Shown here: positions 10,190 through 21,221 of the stretch, one piece after another
How positions within the stretch are numbered: position 1 is the stretch's first letter
Layout: each line of letters starts with the position of its first letter
Source: Calditrichia bacterium
Lineage (GTDB): Bacteria; Calditrichota; Calditrichia; JAJRVZ01
Direction of reading: 5' to 3'
DNA: 64,000 nucleotides
Assembly (NCBI GenBank): GCA_963777955.1
Contig: CAVZSQ010000003.1
Coordinates: forward strand, 184,753-248,752
Translations under genes and position numbers: made by a program
Notes under the pieces: generated by a model
What the model saw: only the letters and a program-made list of their open reading frames with translations
What the model was told of the DNA's origin: nothing
The model's database searches: none

Positions 10190-11028
10190 AAGGTGACGAT
10201 GTGACTCAGTTAGGAACCATAGCCAGAAGGTTGCAAGGTCTGGGCTTTACCCTGTACGAAGCGAGGGCTTATGTTTCATTATTGGAACATAATCCGGTGA
10301 CCCGTTATGAGTTGAGTAAAAATTCAGGCGTACCCCGTTCGGCTATATATAATGTGATCCTGGAATTGGAAGAAATGGGCGTAGTCAGCCTGCAAACCTC
10401 GGATCCGGAAACATATGTACCTTTGCCTGTTGACCGGCTGTTTGATTTGTTAGACCGTCAGTTCAAGGATAAGATCGAAGAAGCGCAGAAGAGTTTAAAA
10501 CATATTGAGAATAAACCGGCTCTGGACCAGTTCTGGAACATAGTAGGGTACGACAATATGATTATGAAAGCAGAGGAACTTATTCAGAAGGCCGAGAAAA
10601 ACATCTTCATGTCAATCTGGAAACGGGAATTTGCCCTGCTGGAAAATGACCTGCAGGATGCTATAAAGCGTAAAGTCCAGGTAATTATCTTTTCTTTTAC
10701 CGATGTGCAATTGCTAAAGTCCACTATGTTTTGTTATGGTCTGGAAGAGCGTGAATTGGAAAGGATCTGGCCGCACCGTATTATTTTAATCAGTGATAAA
10801 AAAGAGATACTGATGGGTGATGCCGATAAAATACAGAAGAAGAAAACAGTCTGGACCAGCAACCGGGCGCTGCTCGAAATAGCGATGAATCATATTATTA
10901 TGGATATTACCCTGTACGGTAACCGTTTAAATCAAAGTGTGGATGATACTATTATTAAAATGCAGAATGGTGAAACAGATTACCTGGGCAAACTGCTCAA
11001 GAATAGATATCCGGATATAAAATTTTAA
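10186..11028 (+). CDS. trmB: TrmB-family sugar-responsive transcriptional regulator
   Basis: N-terminal wHTH LGFTLYEARAYVSLLEHNPVTRYELSKNSGVPRSAIYNVILELEEMGVV matches the TrmB signature (..YEA.VY..LL). The 280 aa length leaves room for a C-terminal sugar-binding domain. Confidence 0.7.
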   Translation: MKGDDVTQLGTIARRLQGLGFTLYEARAYVSLLEHNPVTRYELSKNSGVPRSAIYNVILELEEMGVVSLQTSDPETYVPLPVDRLFDLLDRQFKDKIEEAQKSLKHIENKPALDQFWNIVGYDNMIMKAEELIQKAEKNIFMSIWKREFALLENDLQDAIKRKVQVIIFSFTDVQLLKSTMFCYGLEERELERIWPHRIILISDKKEILMGDADKIQKKKTVWTSNRALLEIAMNHIIMDITLYGNRLNQSVDDTIIKMQNGETDYLGKLLKNRYPDIKF

Positions 11029-11076
11029 CAATTTATTGTCTGGTCATCGTAATTAATTTAACCAGACCGGTGGATT

Positions 11077-12412
11077 ATGGGTGCTGCAGGGATTCAGAAC
11101 GAAATAATCAGGAAAAAATATTTTCTGGGTATTGAATCCGATCAGAAACAGTACGGAACATTACCCGGCCGCAGGCCTCCGGCCTGGGTGAATGAAGGTC
11201 CGCTTTATGAAGTGTTTGTCAGGAATTTCAGCAAAACCGGGGATCTGAACGGGCTCACAGAAAAGATTTCCTACCTGAAAGAACTGGGCATCAAAACTAT
11301 CTGGTTGATGCCGCTGCAGCCCATCGGCCGGACCGGGCGGAAGGGTAAATTGGGTTGCCCGTATGCTATCCGCGATCATCTGGCGATCAATCCACACTAT
11401 GGTTCGGATAAGGATCTGCGCAAACTGGTTTCTGTATTACATGCGGCTGATATGCGCTTGATTATTGATCTGGTCATCAACCATGGCGCGCTGGATCATG
11501 TTCGTGCAAGGACCCATCCGGCCATGTTCAGGCATGACCGGCAGGGACGTTTTACCAGGAAAATTGCCGACTGGTCGGATGTGATCGATTTTGATTACAG
11601 CAGTACGGATACCCGTAAGTACATGCTGGAGGTGATGTCGTACTGGATCAGGGAATTTGATATCGACGGGTACCGCTGTGATGTGGCCGGTATGGTACCG
11701 CTGGATTTCTGGGAAACGGCGCTGGAAAAAATGTTAAAAATAAAATCAGATATTTTTATGCTGGCCGAATGGCAGCGGCCCAGACTGCACCTGCAGGCTT
11801 TTCAGGCTAGCCTATGACTGGGTCACCTATCTGGTGCTGAAAGATATTTATCAGGGTAAACGACCGGCAGCGGACATTTTACGATGGCTGAACGAGAGGC
11901 AAAAACTTTATCCGCAAAATGCCCTGCCATTATTATTTACTGAAAATCATGATTTTCCCCGGACCCCTGCGGTATTTGGCCGCCGGAGTTTTTATCCTTT
12001 TGCGGCTTTGCTATTTGCCATAGCCGGTATACCGCTGTTATATAACGGACAGGAATCCGGCCTGAAGAAAGGAATTTCATTATTTGACCACGATCCAATC
12101 CTGTGGGAAAACCAGAATCAGACTATCTATGATTTTTATAAAAATTTGATCCGTTTGCGCCGTGATAATGCAGCCCTGGCTTCGCAGAATATTAAAGTGT
12201 TAAAAAATGATAAGACCGGGAGTGTGGTTACATTTTTAAAATCAGCAGGTAACGATGAAGTGCTGGTAATACTGAATTTCAGTTCGCAGCGGACAAAAAT
12301 AAAAATATCGCTTCCTGCGCAATATCACATCCGGGAATGGCGGAATTTATTAAATACCAGAATTGTTAAAAAAGGACAGGAATCTGGCCGGCATGGAGTT
12401 AAAACCGTATGA
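11077..12412 (+). pseudogene. Cytoplasmic GH13 alpha-amylase, split by a frameshift at a T4 run (~11799-11802)
   Basis: ORF 11077..11817 carries region I DLVINHGA, region II GYRCDVAGMVP and region III MLAEWQ. ORF 11834..12412 carries region IV FTENHD. Frame 2 reads ..RLAYDWVTYLVLKDIYQG through the junction, which is amylase-like. Confidence 0.75.
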
Positions 12413-12500
12413 GGTGTCGATGTGGAAGCGGTTCCCCTCGACTCCGCTCGGGGAACGGAACGCCGGTCATCGAGCGAAGTCGAGATGACTAATAATCCAC

Positions 12501-12545
12501 CCCTGTTTCCCCTCCCTTTTGGCACTTCTTCGTGCCAAAAGGGAG
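12501..12545. terminator. GC-rich hairpin cccctcccttttggcac-ttcttc-gtgccaaaagggagggg, a member of the CCCCTCCCTT/AAGGGAGGGG palindrome family
   Basis: A perfect 17-bp inverted repeat read directly. It lies between the cytoplasmic amylase and the T9SS amylase genes. Confidence 0.5.
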
Positions 12546-12579
12546 GGGATCAAGGGGAGGGTCAAAAAAAGGATAAAAT

Positions 12580-15571
12580 ATGATTCATACAAAGATTATA
12601 ATAGCAACTATATTTTTTATTACCGGCCTATTGCAGGCCCAGGTGGTCACCTCCATTCCAACTTATGCTACTGCGCATGATTCTGTGATCATTCTTTTCA
12701 ATGCTGCCGCAGGCAATCAGGGCTTAATGGGCTACGCCGGAACGGATGTTTATGCTCATACCGGAGTGATTACCGACCAGAGTACCTCGCCGGGCGACTG
12801 GAAATATGTTGTTGCCGGCTGGAGTGAAAATTTAGCCAAAGCGAAGTTGACCGAAATTGCTACCGATCTCTGGCAACTGACCATCGGTGATATATACGCT
12901 TATTATGGAGTTCCTGAGAATGAAAAAATATTACAGTTGGCTTTTGTTTTCAGAAATTCCGGAGGCACTTTGACCGGCCGTGACGTGGGCGGAGCAGACA
13001 TCTTTCTGGATTTATATGAACCTGGCATAACTGTAGTAATTATAAATCCCGCTATTAATTTGCAATATACCGATCCGCTCCGCACTCCGGCATTTGTCGG
13101 TACAGGAGCGACCCTGTCCATCCGGATAACCAGCGCCCAGATCGGCACACTGCTTGATTCCTTATTTCTTTTTAAAGCGGATACTTTATTGACCGCTGCC
13201 GCCGGGGATACTTTAAACTATGATTTTATTGCTGATGATTTTTCCAGCGGCCCGAATCTGTTATCGGCAGTAGCCCGCGATACCAGCGGCCTGGCCGATA
13301 CCACAGAATTTTATGTAGTGGTCAATCCTGTACCGGAAAATATCTCGCGACCAGCCGGGATCCGCGATGGAATTAACTATATTGATTACAATACAGTTAC
13401 TTTATCGCTTTTTGCTCCCTACAAAAGTTATGTATATGTATTGGGTGACTTTAATGACTGGAAAGTCGATGCTGATTATTATATGAAGCGGGACGAAGTC
13501 GACAGCGATAGCATACATTGGTGGATCACTATAGACGGATTAGTACCAGGAAATGAATATGCCTTTCAATACCTGGTCGACGGTGAACTCAGAATTGCCG
13601 ATCCTTATACGGAAAAGGTTCTGGACCCCTGGAATGATTCTTATATCTCTCCGGTCACCTATCCCTTTCTTAAATCTTATCCGGCCGGCAAGACCGGTGA
13701 GATTGTTTCGGTATTGGAAACCGGGCAGTCGTCATTTGACTGGATTTATACTCCTGCATATCAGCGTCCGCCACAGCAGGAAATGGTCATCTATGAGTTA
13801 CTGCTGCGTGACTTTTTATATGCTCATGATTTTACCACCTTGCAGGATACACTGGATTACCTGGACAGCCTGGGGATCAACGCCATCGAACTGATGCCGG
13901 TCAATGAATTTGAAGGTAACAGCAGTTGGGGGTACAATACTTCTTTCTATTTTGCAGTCGACAAGTATTACGGTCCGGCCAATGATTTGAAACAGTTTAT
14001 CGATGAATGCCACCGCCGCGGGATCGCAGTTATTTTAGATATGGTATTGAACCATTCCTTTGGCCAATCACCGTTAGTCAGATTATATACGGATGATCAT
14101 GGATATCCATCTAATCAAAATCCGTGGTATTATCCTGATTATAATCCAAATTTTGAAGGCTATCAGTCCCGTCATCCGTATAATGTAGGATATGATTTTA
14201 ACCATAATTCGATAGCCACTCAAAATTTAGTTGATAGAGTAAATTCTTTTTGGCTTCAAGAATATAAAATAGATGGATTCAGGTTTGATCTGACCAAGGG
14301 ATTTACGGGTAAATCAACTTATCTATACAGTAAATATGAAAATGATCGTATAGTAGATGTATATAATGAAAGTGAAGCCAGTAATTATGATGTCAATAGA
14401 GTAACTTTACTAAAACGTATGGCCGATATGATTTGGGCTGCGGATTCATCAGCTTATGTTATCCTGGAACATTTTGCGGCTAACAGCGAGGAGACCGAAT
14501 TATCCAGCTACGGAATGATGCTGTGGGGCAATCTGAATTATAACTATAATGAAGCGACCATGGGGTATCATAAAGATGGTTCCACTTACGGCAAATCTGA
14601 TTTTTCCTGGGGATTTTATAAAACACGGGGATGGTCCGAAGCGGGCGTAGTTACCTATATGGAAAGCCATGACGAAGAAAGACTGATGTACAAAAATCTT
14701 ACTTACGGGAACTCATCGGGGAATTATAATATAAAAAGTCTGGAAACAGCATTGAACCGGATGAAGCTGGCCTCGGCATTTTTTCTTACTTTGCCCGGTC
14801 CCAAAATGCTGTGGAAACACAGCGAACTGGGTTATGATTATTCCATCGAGTATAACGGCCGGCTGGCCGAAAAACCGATTCGCTGGAATTATTTTCAGGA
14901 TCCGCTGCGGAAAAAGTTATACAAAACCATCCAGGCCCTGTTAAAGTTAAGAAATGAGAATGAAGTTTTTCGCAGTACGGAGACGATTGTCGATCAACAG
15001 GTTGTTTATGAAACCAAAAAAATACGCTTTGCCCATCCCACGATGAATGTGGTGATCATCGGTAATTTTGATGTAGACTACTTTATCTATAGATCCAAAT
15101 TTTTATCACAGCGGGTACTGGTACGATTTCTTCAGCGGTGACAGTATGCTGATCAGTGATAACAATGCCCTGATTGAACTGTTGCCGGGCGAGTTTCATA
15201 TCTACAGCGATAAAAAATTACCCACCCCTGAAGAGGATATCCTTAATAGTATTGAAGCACCGCTGGTAAAAAATATTTCCGACTTTACTTTATGGCAAAA
15301 TTACCCGAATCCCTTCAATCCCGTAACAACCATTTCTTTTCAAATTCCGGGTCTAGCTGATGTGACACTGAAAATATTTGATCTGTTAGGACGGGAAGTA
15401 ACAACTCTGATCGATAACAGGAAGATAACCGGTTCTTTCACTGTGCAATGGGATGGACGTGACAACGGCGGGCAGCTGTTAAGCAGTGGAATTTATATTT
15501 ATAAAATCGAGGCCAGGACAAGGGGTAAATTACTTTTTGAACAAAGTCGCAAGATGATTTTATTGAAGTAA
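12580..15571 (+). pseudogene. Large secreted GH13 enzyme (N-terminal domains plus CBM48-like, GH13 catalytic and T9SS C-terminal sorting domain), split by a 1-nt indel near 15076
   Basis: Signal peptide. CBM48-like GDFNDWKVDADYYMKRDE..WWITIDGLVPGNEYAFQYLVDG. GH13 regions VILDMVLNHSF, GFRFDLTKGF, YMESHDEE. ORF 15146..15571 holds the T9SS domain LWQNYPNPFNPVTTISFQIP...IYIYKIEA. Removing g15076 gives GNFDVTTLSIDPNFYHSGYWYDFFSGDSM, which reads continuously. Confidence 0.75.
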
Positions 15572-15576
15572 ATGTA

Positions 15577-15725
15577 AAAGATTTCTCGCTTCGTTCGAAA
15601 TGACAATTCGTGCTGGTCTTCAGGGCGAAAGTTATAGACTGTCATTCCGACCGCAGGGAGGAATCAGATTTCTCCCCCGCCTTCGTCGGGGATTCGAAAT
15701 GACATTTCGACCTGCCCTTTCATAA
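15577..15725. repeat. Cluster of TGTCATTYCGAS...GAGRAATC short palindromic repeat units (three copies in mixed orientation) plus a hairpin terminator, between convergent genes
   Basis: tcgaaatgacaattcg, ctgtcattccgaccgcagggaggaatcagatttctccc and gggattcgaaatgacatttcgacc. The same family recurs at 48581-48665. Confidence 0.6.
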
Positions 15726-15789
15726 TAAAAAAACCGACGTCCGCAATTAGCGGCCATCGGTTTTTCTTTACTCTATGGTTTATGATCCT

Positions 15790-17211
15790 TTACTTAATCC
15801 GGTAAAATTCAATCCGCCGGTTTCTGGCTCTGCCTTCTTTGGTCGCATTAGTGTCAATCGGATTCTCAGGACCATAACCTTTGCTTAAGATCCGGTATGC
15901 AGCAATACCTTTGTTGACCAGGTACATCCTGACTGATTCAGCCCTGTTCTGGGATAGTTTGACATTGCTGGCATATTTTCCGGTATTATCGGTAAAGCCG
16001 CGGATCTCTACTTCAATTTCTGTATTTTCCTGCAGTGTACGGTAAACTTTGTCCAGTATGATCATGGAGTTCGGTTCAAGGCGGGCACTGCCGGTGGCAA
16101 AATAGACCCCTTCCAGAATAATTGCTTCCCCTTTTTTAACATCGATTTCGGGTTTCTTATCCGGGCAGCCATCCTCATCCTGATATTGATTAACCGTTTC
16201 CGCCTCGTTGGGACATTTATCACTGGCATCAAGAATACCGTCGCCGTCGTTATCCGCATCGGGACAACCATCTTCATCCTGAAAACTATCCGGATCTTCC
16301 CTGGTGTTCACAGAATCGGCCACGGTTTTATCCGTACCGGGACATTTATCATTCAGGTCTTTGACATTATCTCCGTCATTATCCGGATCAGGAGCACCAT
16401 CATCATCCTGGAACCCGTCCTGGTCTTCCGGATCGTTGGGCGCTTTATCACGGCTATCCGGTACACCATCATTATCGTTGTCGTAATCAGGTGCTCCATC
16501 GGTATCTTCGAAATTATCGAAATCTTCCGGCCGGTAGGGATCCTTGTCCACTTTATCGATAATACCGTCGCCGTCGGCATCAGGCGGACCGCTCAGGTAT
16601 ATTGACAATCCCAGCGCAGCCGAGATAAAACTGTCGCCCCACTTTCCTTCTTTTATATCATCGATATAATCTGTTCCGGCCTGGTGATAGAGACCTTCCA
16701 GATCAAGACTGACGTTTTCACCCAGGAATACGGAAAAACCCAGCCCCACCGGTACGGCCCATTGCAGGTGATTGTATTTACCATTCTGATTATTCGGCAG
16801 TTTCAGATCGTGGTCAGTGGTATACCTGGGGTCGATCTGCATCATTTCAAAACCGGCGGTCAGGTAAAGATTCAGCGGATTTCTGAAAAAGGGTTTGTAC
16901 ATCAGCATGGGACCAAAAGTGTAGGTATAGGTATGAAAGTTCTGGTCTTCGATGCTGGCTTGCAGAATTCCGACTCCGCCCCTTAATTTCAGACCCAGGT
17001 AATCATTAACCCAGCCAAAAACAGAAATATCTCCATAAAATTTGTATTGTTGCTCTTTAATCTCGCCCTGGTACATGTTCAGTCCGCCCTTGAGACTAAG
17101 GGCCGAGCGTCCGGCAGTTTCTACCGCCAGGATACTGCTGCTGCCTAATACCAGGATAACCATTGCAATAACCAAGAGTTTCATCAATCCTCCTTTAGTC
17201 GATTGCTTCAT
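15790..17211 (-). CDS. OmpA-family outer-membrane protein with thrombospondin type-3 (Asp-rich calcium-binding) repeats
   Basis: Signal peptide, N-terminal beta-barrel, repeated DxDxDGxxDxxD units (DADGDGIIDKVDKD, DTDGAPDYDNDNDGVPDSRD ...), and a C-terminal OmpA domain (FATGSARLEP...NRRIEF). Confidence 0.8.
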   Translation of the reverse strand: MKQSTKGGLMKLLVIAMVILVLGSSSILAVETAGRSALSLKGGLNMYQGEIKEQQYKFYGDISVFGWVNDYLGLKLRGGVGILQASIEDQNFHTYTYTFGPMLMYKPFFRNPLNLYLTAGFEMMQIDPRYTTDHDLKLPNNQNGKYNHLQWAVPVGLGFSVFLGENVSLDLEGLYHQAGTDYIDDIKEGKWGDSFISAALGLSIYLSGPPDADGDGIIDKVDKDPYRPEDFDNFEDTDGAPDYDNDNDGVPDSRDKAPNDPEDQDGFQDDDGAPDPDNDGDNVKDLNDKCPGTDKTVADSVNTREDPDSFQDEDGCPDADNDGDGILDASDKCPNEAETVNQYQDEDGCPDKKPEIDVKKGEAIILEGVYFATGSARLEPNSMIILDKVYRTLQENTEIEVEIRGFTDNTGKYASNVKLSQNRAESVRMYLVNKGIAAYRILSKGYGPENPIDTNATKEGRARNRRIEFYRIK

Positions 17212-17383
17212 ATTTATTAGCTAACTTAATAACAGACTCAAATTATTCAAGTAGTACAACAGTCTGGATGCTCTGATTTTTGTTTAATTTATAAATTAAT
17301 TATATATATGGAATAAAATAATTTATAAATTATTTATCAGTAGTAACTGTAACATTATAATTATCGGGTGCCAAACGGCTGAA

Positions 17384-18604
17384 ATGAAGGAAAAATATTT
17401 TCGCAAAGGATTCGGATTAAAATCCGAGGTCAGCGGATCAATCGAAAAAGAATATAATAGTCTGCTGATCGATTATATCAAAGCGGCTGCAGGTGTAATC
17501 AGTTCCGGTGATACCACGGTCAAACTGGCCAAGGAATTCGGATTCTGTTACGGAGTGGACCGTTCGGTGGAATATGCCTATCAGACCGTGAAACATTTTC
17601 CCGATAAAAATATTTATTTAACCGGTGAGATCATTCATAATCCTTTTGTCAATAAACGACTGGTGGAAATGGGGGTTCACTTCCTGAGCGGTTCCAATAA
17701 CCGCGGTGAGAAATTGTCGGATATTAGTCCGCAGGATGTTGTTATCCTGCCCGCTTTTGGCGTAGCGGTGAACTTGCTGGAGGAACTCAGGCAAAAGGAT
17801 TGTATTTTAGTCGATACCACCTGCGGATCGGTATTGATCGTCTGGAAGCATGTGGAAAAGTTTTCCCGGGAGGGCTTCACGGCCATAGTTCACGGCAAGT
17901 ATTATCATGAGGAAACAGTGGCCACGGTTTCCAGAACCACGCTGGGGGGTATCGGTAAATATATTATAGTTAAAGATATTCCGGAAACCCAGCAAGTATG
18001 TGCTTTTATCAAACAACAAATATCCGGCGAGGAGTTACTGCGATATTTTAGCAAGGCCGTGTCCCCTGGTTTCGATCCTGAGCGGGATCTGGTTAAAATT
18101 GGCGTGGCCAATCAAACTACCATGATGGCCAGTGAATCGCGCCAGGTGGGCGAGCTGGTCAGAGCTGCGTTAATGCAGCGCTATGGTCCCGATAATATCG
18201 ACCAGCATTTCCGGGCCTTTGATACTATTTGCAGTGCAACTCAGGAACGCCAGGATGCGATCCGGGAGTTGCTGCAAAGTAAACCGGATCTGACCGTGGT
18301 CATCGGCGGTTTTAACAGCAGCAATACCCGCAGTCTATGCAGCCTGGCTGCGCAGTATGGCCCGGCATTCCATATAGAAGAAGAAACGGATATGCTTAGT
18401 CCGGAACAGATCAGGCATCAGTCTGCCGGTTCCACGGAAAGCATGATCAGCACAGGCTGGCTGCCGGCAGGTAAAATTACAATTGCGGTCACGGCCGGAG
18501 CCTCGACCCCGAATGCCAAAATCGGAGCGGTCATCTCCAGGATCTTTACGCTGCGCAATCAGCCACTGCCGTTGCAACCGGAAGAACTGATCGCCCCGAA
18601 GTAA
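17384..18604 (+). CDS. ispH: 4-hydroxy-3-methylbut-2-enyl diphosphate reductase (IspH/LytB) with N- and C-terminal extensions
   Basis: GFCYGVDRSV, DTTCGSV, ANQTTMM, FDTICSATQERQ and GGFNSSNTRSL align with E. coli IspH motifs, including the three Fe-S Cys. Confidence 0.8.
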   Translation: MKEKYFRKGFGLKSEVSGSIEKEYNSLLIDYIKAAAGVISSGDTTVKLAKEFGFCYGVDRSVEYAYQTVKHFPDKNIYLTGEIIHNPFVNKRLVEMGVHFLSGSNNRGEKLSDISPQDVVILPAFGVAVNLLEELRQKDCILVDTTCGSVLIVWKHVEKFSREGFTAIVHGKYYHEETVATVSRTTLGGIGKYIIVKDIPETQQVCAFIKQQISGEELLRYFSKAVSPGFDPERDLVKIGVANQTTMMASESRQVGELVRAALMQRYGPDNIDQHFRAFDTICSATQERQDAIRELLQSKPDLTVVIGGFNSSNTRSLCSLAAQYGPAFHIEEETDMLSPEQIRHQSAGSTESMISTGWLPAGKITIAVTAGASTPNAKIGAVISRIFTLRNQPLPLQPEELIAPK

Positions 18605-18726
18605 CAGAATCAGATTGTTGCCGGTACCTGTCGATAAATACTTGAATTTATGGTTTAGTCTTCATACTTTTTTATGGAAAATCAGTTTTAGCCAGGATAA
18701 TCTGAGAACGTAACCGGGAGGATAAA

Positions 18727-19110
18727 ATGGATACGTTTGAAAAAGAAGTGGTCAATATCGAAAAGTCGATAGTTAAATACTTCAACCAAAAAGATATTAA
18801 CGGAATCTTAAAATTTTTTGTTAAGGGGTTCACAGGATTTTCATCCACCCGGCATGAGCGTCTCACCGGTGTGGGACAATTAAAGCAGACCTTCCTTTAT
18901 TATCTGAAAGAAGGGGACAAGGTAACCTATTCGATCAACGGGCTGAAGGTGCATATTTATGGCGAGTTCGCCCTGGCTACTTTTTACTGGAAAGTCAATA
19001 TCAGGAAAAGAAGAAAAGTCAGAAACGTTAATGGCCGCGGCAGCCATATCTTCCTGATGCAGGAAGATACCTGGAAGATCGTTCACGAACATTATTCAAA
19101 AGCGCACTGA
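18727..19110 (+). CDS. SnoaL-like/NTF2-fold small protein
   Basis: 127 aa. The pattern (VKYFNQKDINGILKFF...FYWKVN...WKIVHEHYS) is typical of DUF4440/SnoaL-like proteins. The RBS ggagga sits upstream. Confidence 0.4.
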   Translation: MDTFEKEVVNIEKSIVKYFNQKDINGILKFFVKGFTGFSSTRHERLTGVGQLKQTFLYYLKEGDKVTYSINGLKVHIYGEFALATFYWKVNIRKRRKVRNVNGRGSHIFLMQEDTWKIVHEHYSKAH

Positions 19111-19119
19111 TCCCTGCCT

Positions 19120-19905
19120 TTAATAAACCAGCCAGGCATCGGGATAACCTGATTTGCGGACCGCTTCCAGAGTCTGGCGTGCTTCTGTTTCAATTGAAAA
19201 AGGGCCGATAAATACTTTGTACATGGTGCCGGCTTTTTCAAAGAAAACCGGATACTGATACTTGCTGCCCAGATCATTTACCAGCGATTGCGCCCGCTCG
19301 ATTGTTGCCGTGGCCACTACCTGAATTTTATATTTACCCGTTGTAATCTGCGGCAGGGTACTGTCAGGTTGACTGGCCGGAATTACAGGAGCGGCTGGGA
19401 TCACTTCTTCCGGACTGACCGGAATTTGTACCATTCTTTTAACCACCCAGGCACCGGAAAAACCATTTTTACGTAAACTCAGATTGGCGGAATCGGCCTG
19501 GTAGCGGTATTGATAATCCCCCAGCTGGATTTTATATAACCCTTTTTCCCTGAATAAATAAACAGAATCAATTGTGACATTACGACTCTGTGAGGCGGTC
19601 GAAACGGCATTAAGGGAATCCAGGCCGGCGAATATCTGTACCCTGAATCCTTCGACCTCCTTAAACTTTGGCGGCTCAGGTTCAGGTACGGGCGGCGGAA
19701 TAATTTTCTTGCTGAGAGTAGCCGCCTGTCCGGCCGGACTTACCAGCGTATCCATAAAAGTATCCTTCACTTCCACCTGTTGAAAATAAAGCGAACTATC
19801 AATCTGTCCCTGTCCGCTTTTTTTAGTGATTACTCCAGGCTGGCAGGCGTTAAAAAGCAGGATGAATAAACCGGTAAAAATCAAAAATGAAATAAATAGA
19901 CGCAT
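19120..19905 (-). CDS. SPOR-domain (peptidoglycan-binding) protein with two SPOR repeats
   Basis: Signal/TM N-terminus, then two ~75 aa units of the form FRVQIFAGLD...GLYKIQLGDY and YKIQVVATAT...TMYKVFIGPF. Confidence 0.55.
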   Translation of the reverse strand: MRLFISFLIFTGLFILLFNACQPGVITKKSGQGQIDSSLYFQQVEVKDTFMDTLVSPAGQAATLSKKIIPPPVPEPEPPKFKEVEGFRVQIFAGLDSLNAVSTASQSRNVTIDSVYLFREKGLYKIQLGDYQYRYQADSANLSLRKNGFSGAWVVKRMVQIPVSPEEVIPAAPVIPASQPDSTLPQITTGKYKIQVVATATIERAQSLVNDLGSKYQYPVFFEKAGTMYKVFIGPFSIETEARQTLEAVRKSGYPDAWLVY

Positions 19906-19909
19906 AGGT

Positions 19910-21161
19910 TTAATATTTCTTTATTAAAGTTGTTCCGGGAAAATATTTACTGATAATATGATAGTAGCGAAAAGACCTGGCGGCCGACATATTCATGGCG
20001 CCGTACTGGCACATACCCGCACCGTGTCCGTATCCGGCACCGTGGATTCCCAGGGTGGTATCGTCCGGTTGGGAGAAAAAGAACAGGGTACTGCGCAGAT
20101 AAGGTTCACGGTCGGTCGCGAAAAACCGGCGGATCTCATAACTGCTCAATTCGACGGTTGTATCGCCGTAAGTGATTTCCAGTCTGTTCGATACGGCCGC
20201 TGCCGGAGCGTTGTTTCACCCGCAGGTCGAATTGTAAGTACATGGTGTCGGCAGTTGGTCCCATTTGCCCCGCCTGTAAAAGACTTCGTCCATAATTGCT
20301 GTAAAAACTGCTGTCTAATTGTGCCAGGGTGCGGGTTTCCCGCCAGCGGAAAAAGGGAGAAGAACTGCAGGAAAATGTATCGCTGATGGCATCGATTCCC
20401 CCGCTGAGATAGGGGGCATTTATTGAAGGCCAGATCCGGTTGGCCGGTTCCAGGCGGCCCCCGCAGGTCGAGTGATAGAATATATCAGCCAGTTCCCCCT
20501 GATAGGTAATACAGATACCCCGGGTTTCGGCAATGGCCCGGTCAGCCAACTCGGTATGCCGGTCAAAGCCTGCATATACCTGATCGACGATGGTGTTTTC
20601 CAGATTATAAGGACGATTTTGATTCTCGCCGGCCTGGATACGTTTTAAAGCGTATGTTCGCGAACAAACGGCCTGGGCTTTCATGGCCTCAAAATACTGA
20701 GTGCGGATTGTATTGATCTCTGCGGGAAGCACCCCTTTCAGATATTCCTCCAGAGGCAGTTCGTTGATCAGATATAAAACAGCGTCTGCGGCGGGAGCAA
20801 ACAGGATTGTGCCGCTGTATTCCTGGCCTCTGAAAACAAAGCGCCCTGTAGCGGTTGCCGGTTCCAGACGGATCGGGAAGTAATTCCGGTACAGCAGATT
20901 GCGGTTCTGATTGTACAACTGTATGCCGGACTTCAGCGGTACAATGTTTAACTGTTGATTACGTTCGCCGAATTCATAATGTGCTTCTTCGGATTGTAAA
21001 ACGTAGAGACTGCGGAAGTACAGGCTGTCATTTTCCGCTAAAGTAGCCAGTAAAACACGAATCAGCGGATCCGCTTGCGGAATATTTTTTTTAGTTTGTG
21101 GAAAACAACCGGCCGCGCTAATCACCAGTACGAGTAAAAAAACCCTCAACTTCTTTAACAT
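19910..21161 (-). pseudogene. SpoIID/LytB-family amidase-enhancer homologue, split by a 1-nt indel near 20180-20190
   Basis: ORF 20136..21161 (..YHSTCGGRLEPANRIW..) plus ORF 19910..20149 (..GIHGAGYGHGAGMCQYGA..). The second frame stays open upstream (..SNRLEITYGDTTVELSSYEIRRFF) and overlaps the first. Confidence 0.7.
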
Positions 21162-21221
21162 GAAGAATTCAGTCCTCTCCGTATTTAATCCGGGTTAAAG
21201 CCGCTGCCATTAAAGTCCCGG

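Noticed and set aside
12501-12545. TGGCACTTCTTCGTGCC as a sigma54 promoter
   Set aside because: It is the loop region of a perfect GC-rich palindrome of the interspersed family, with no TTGC -12 element.
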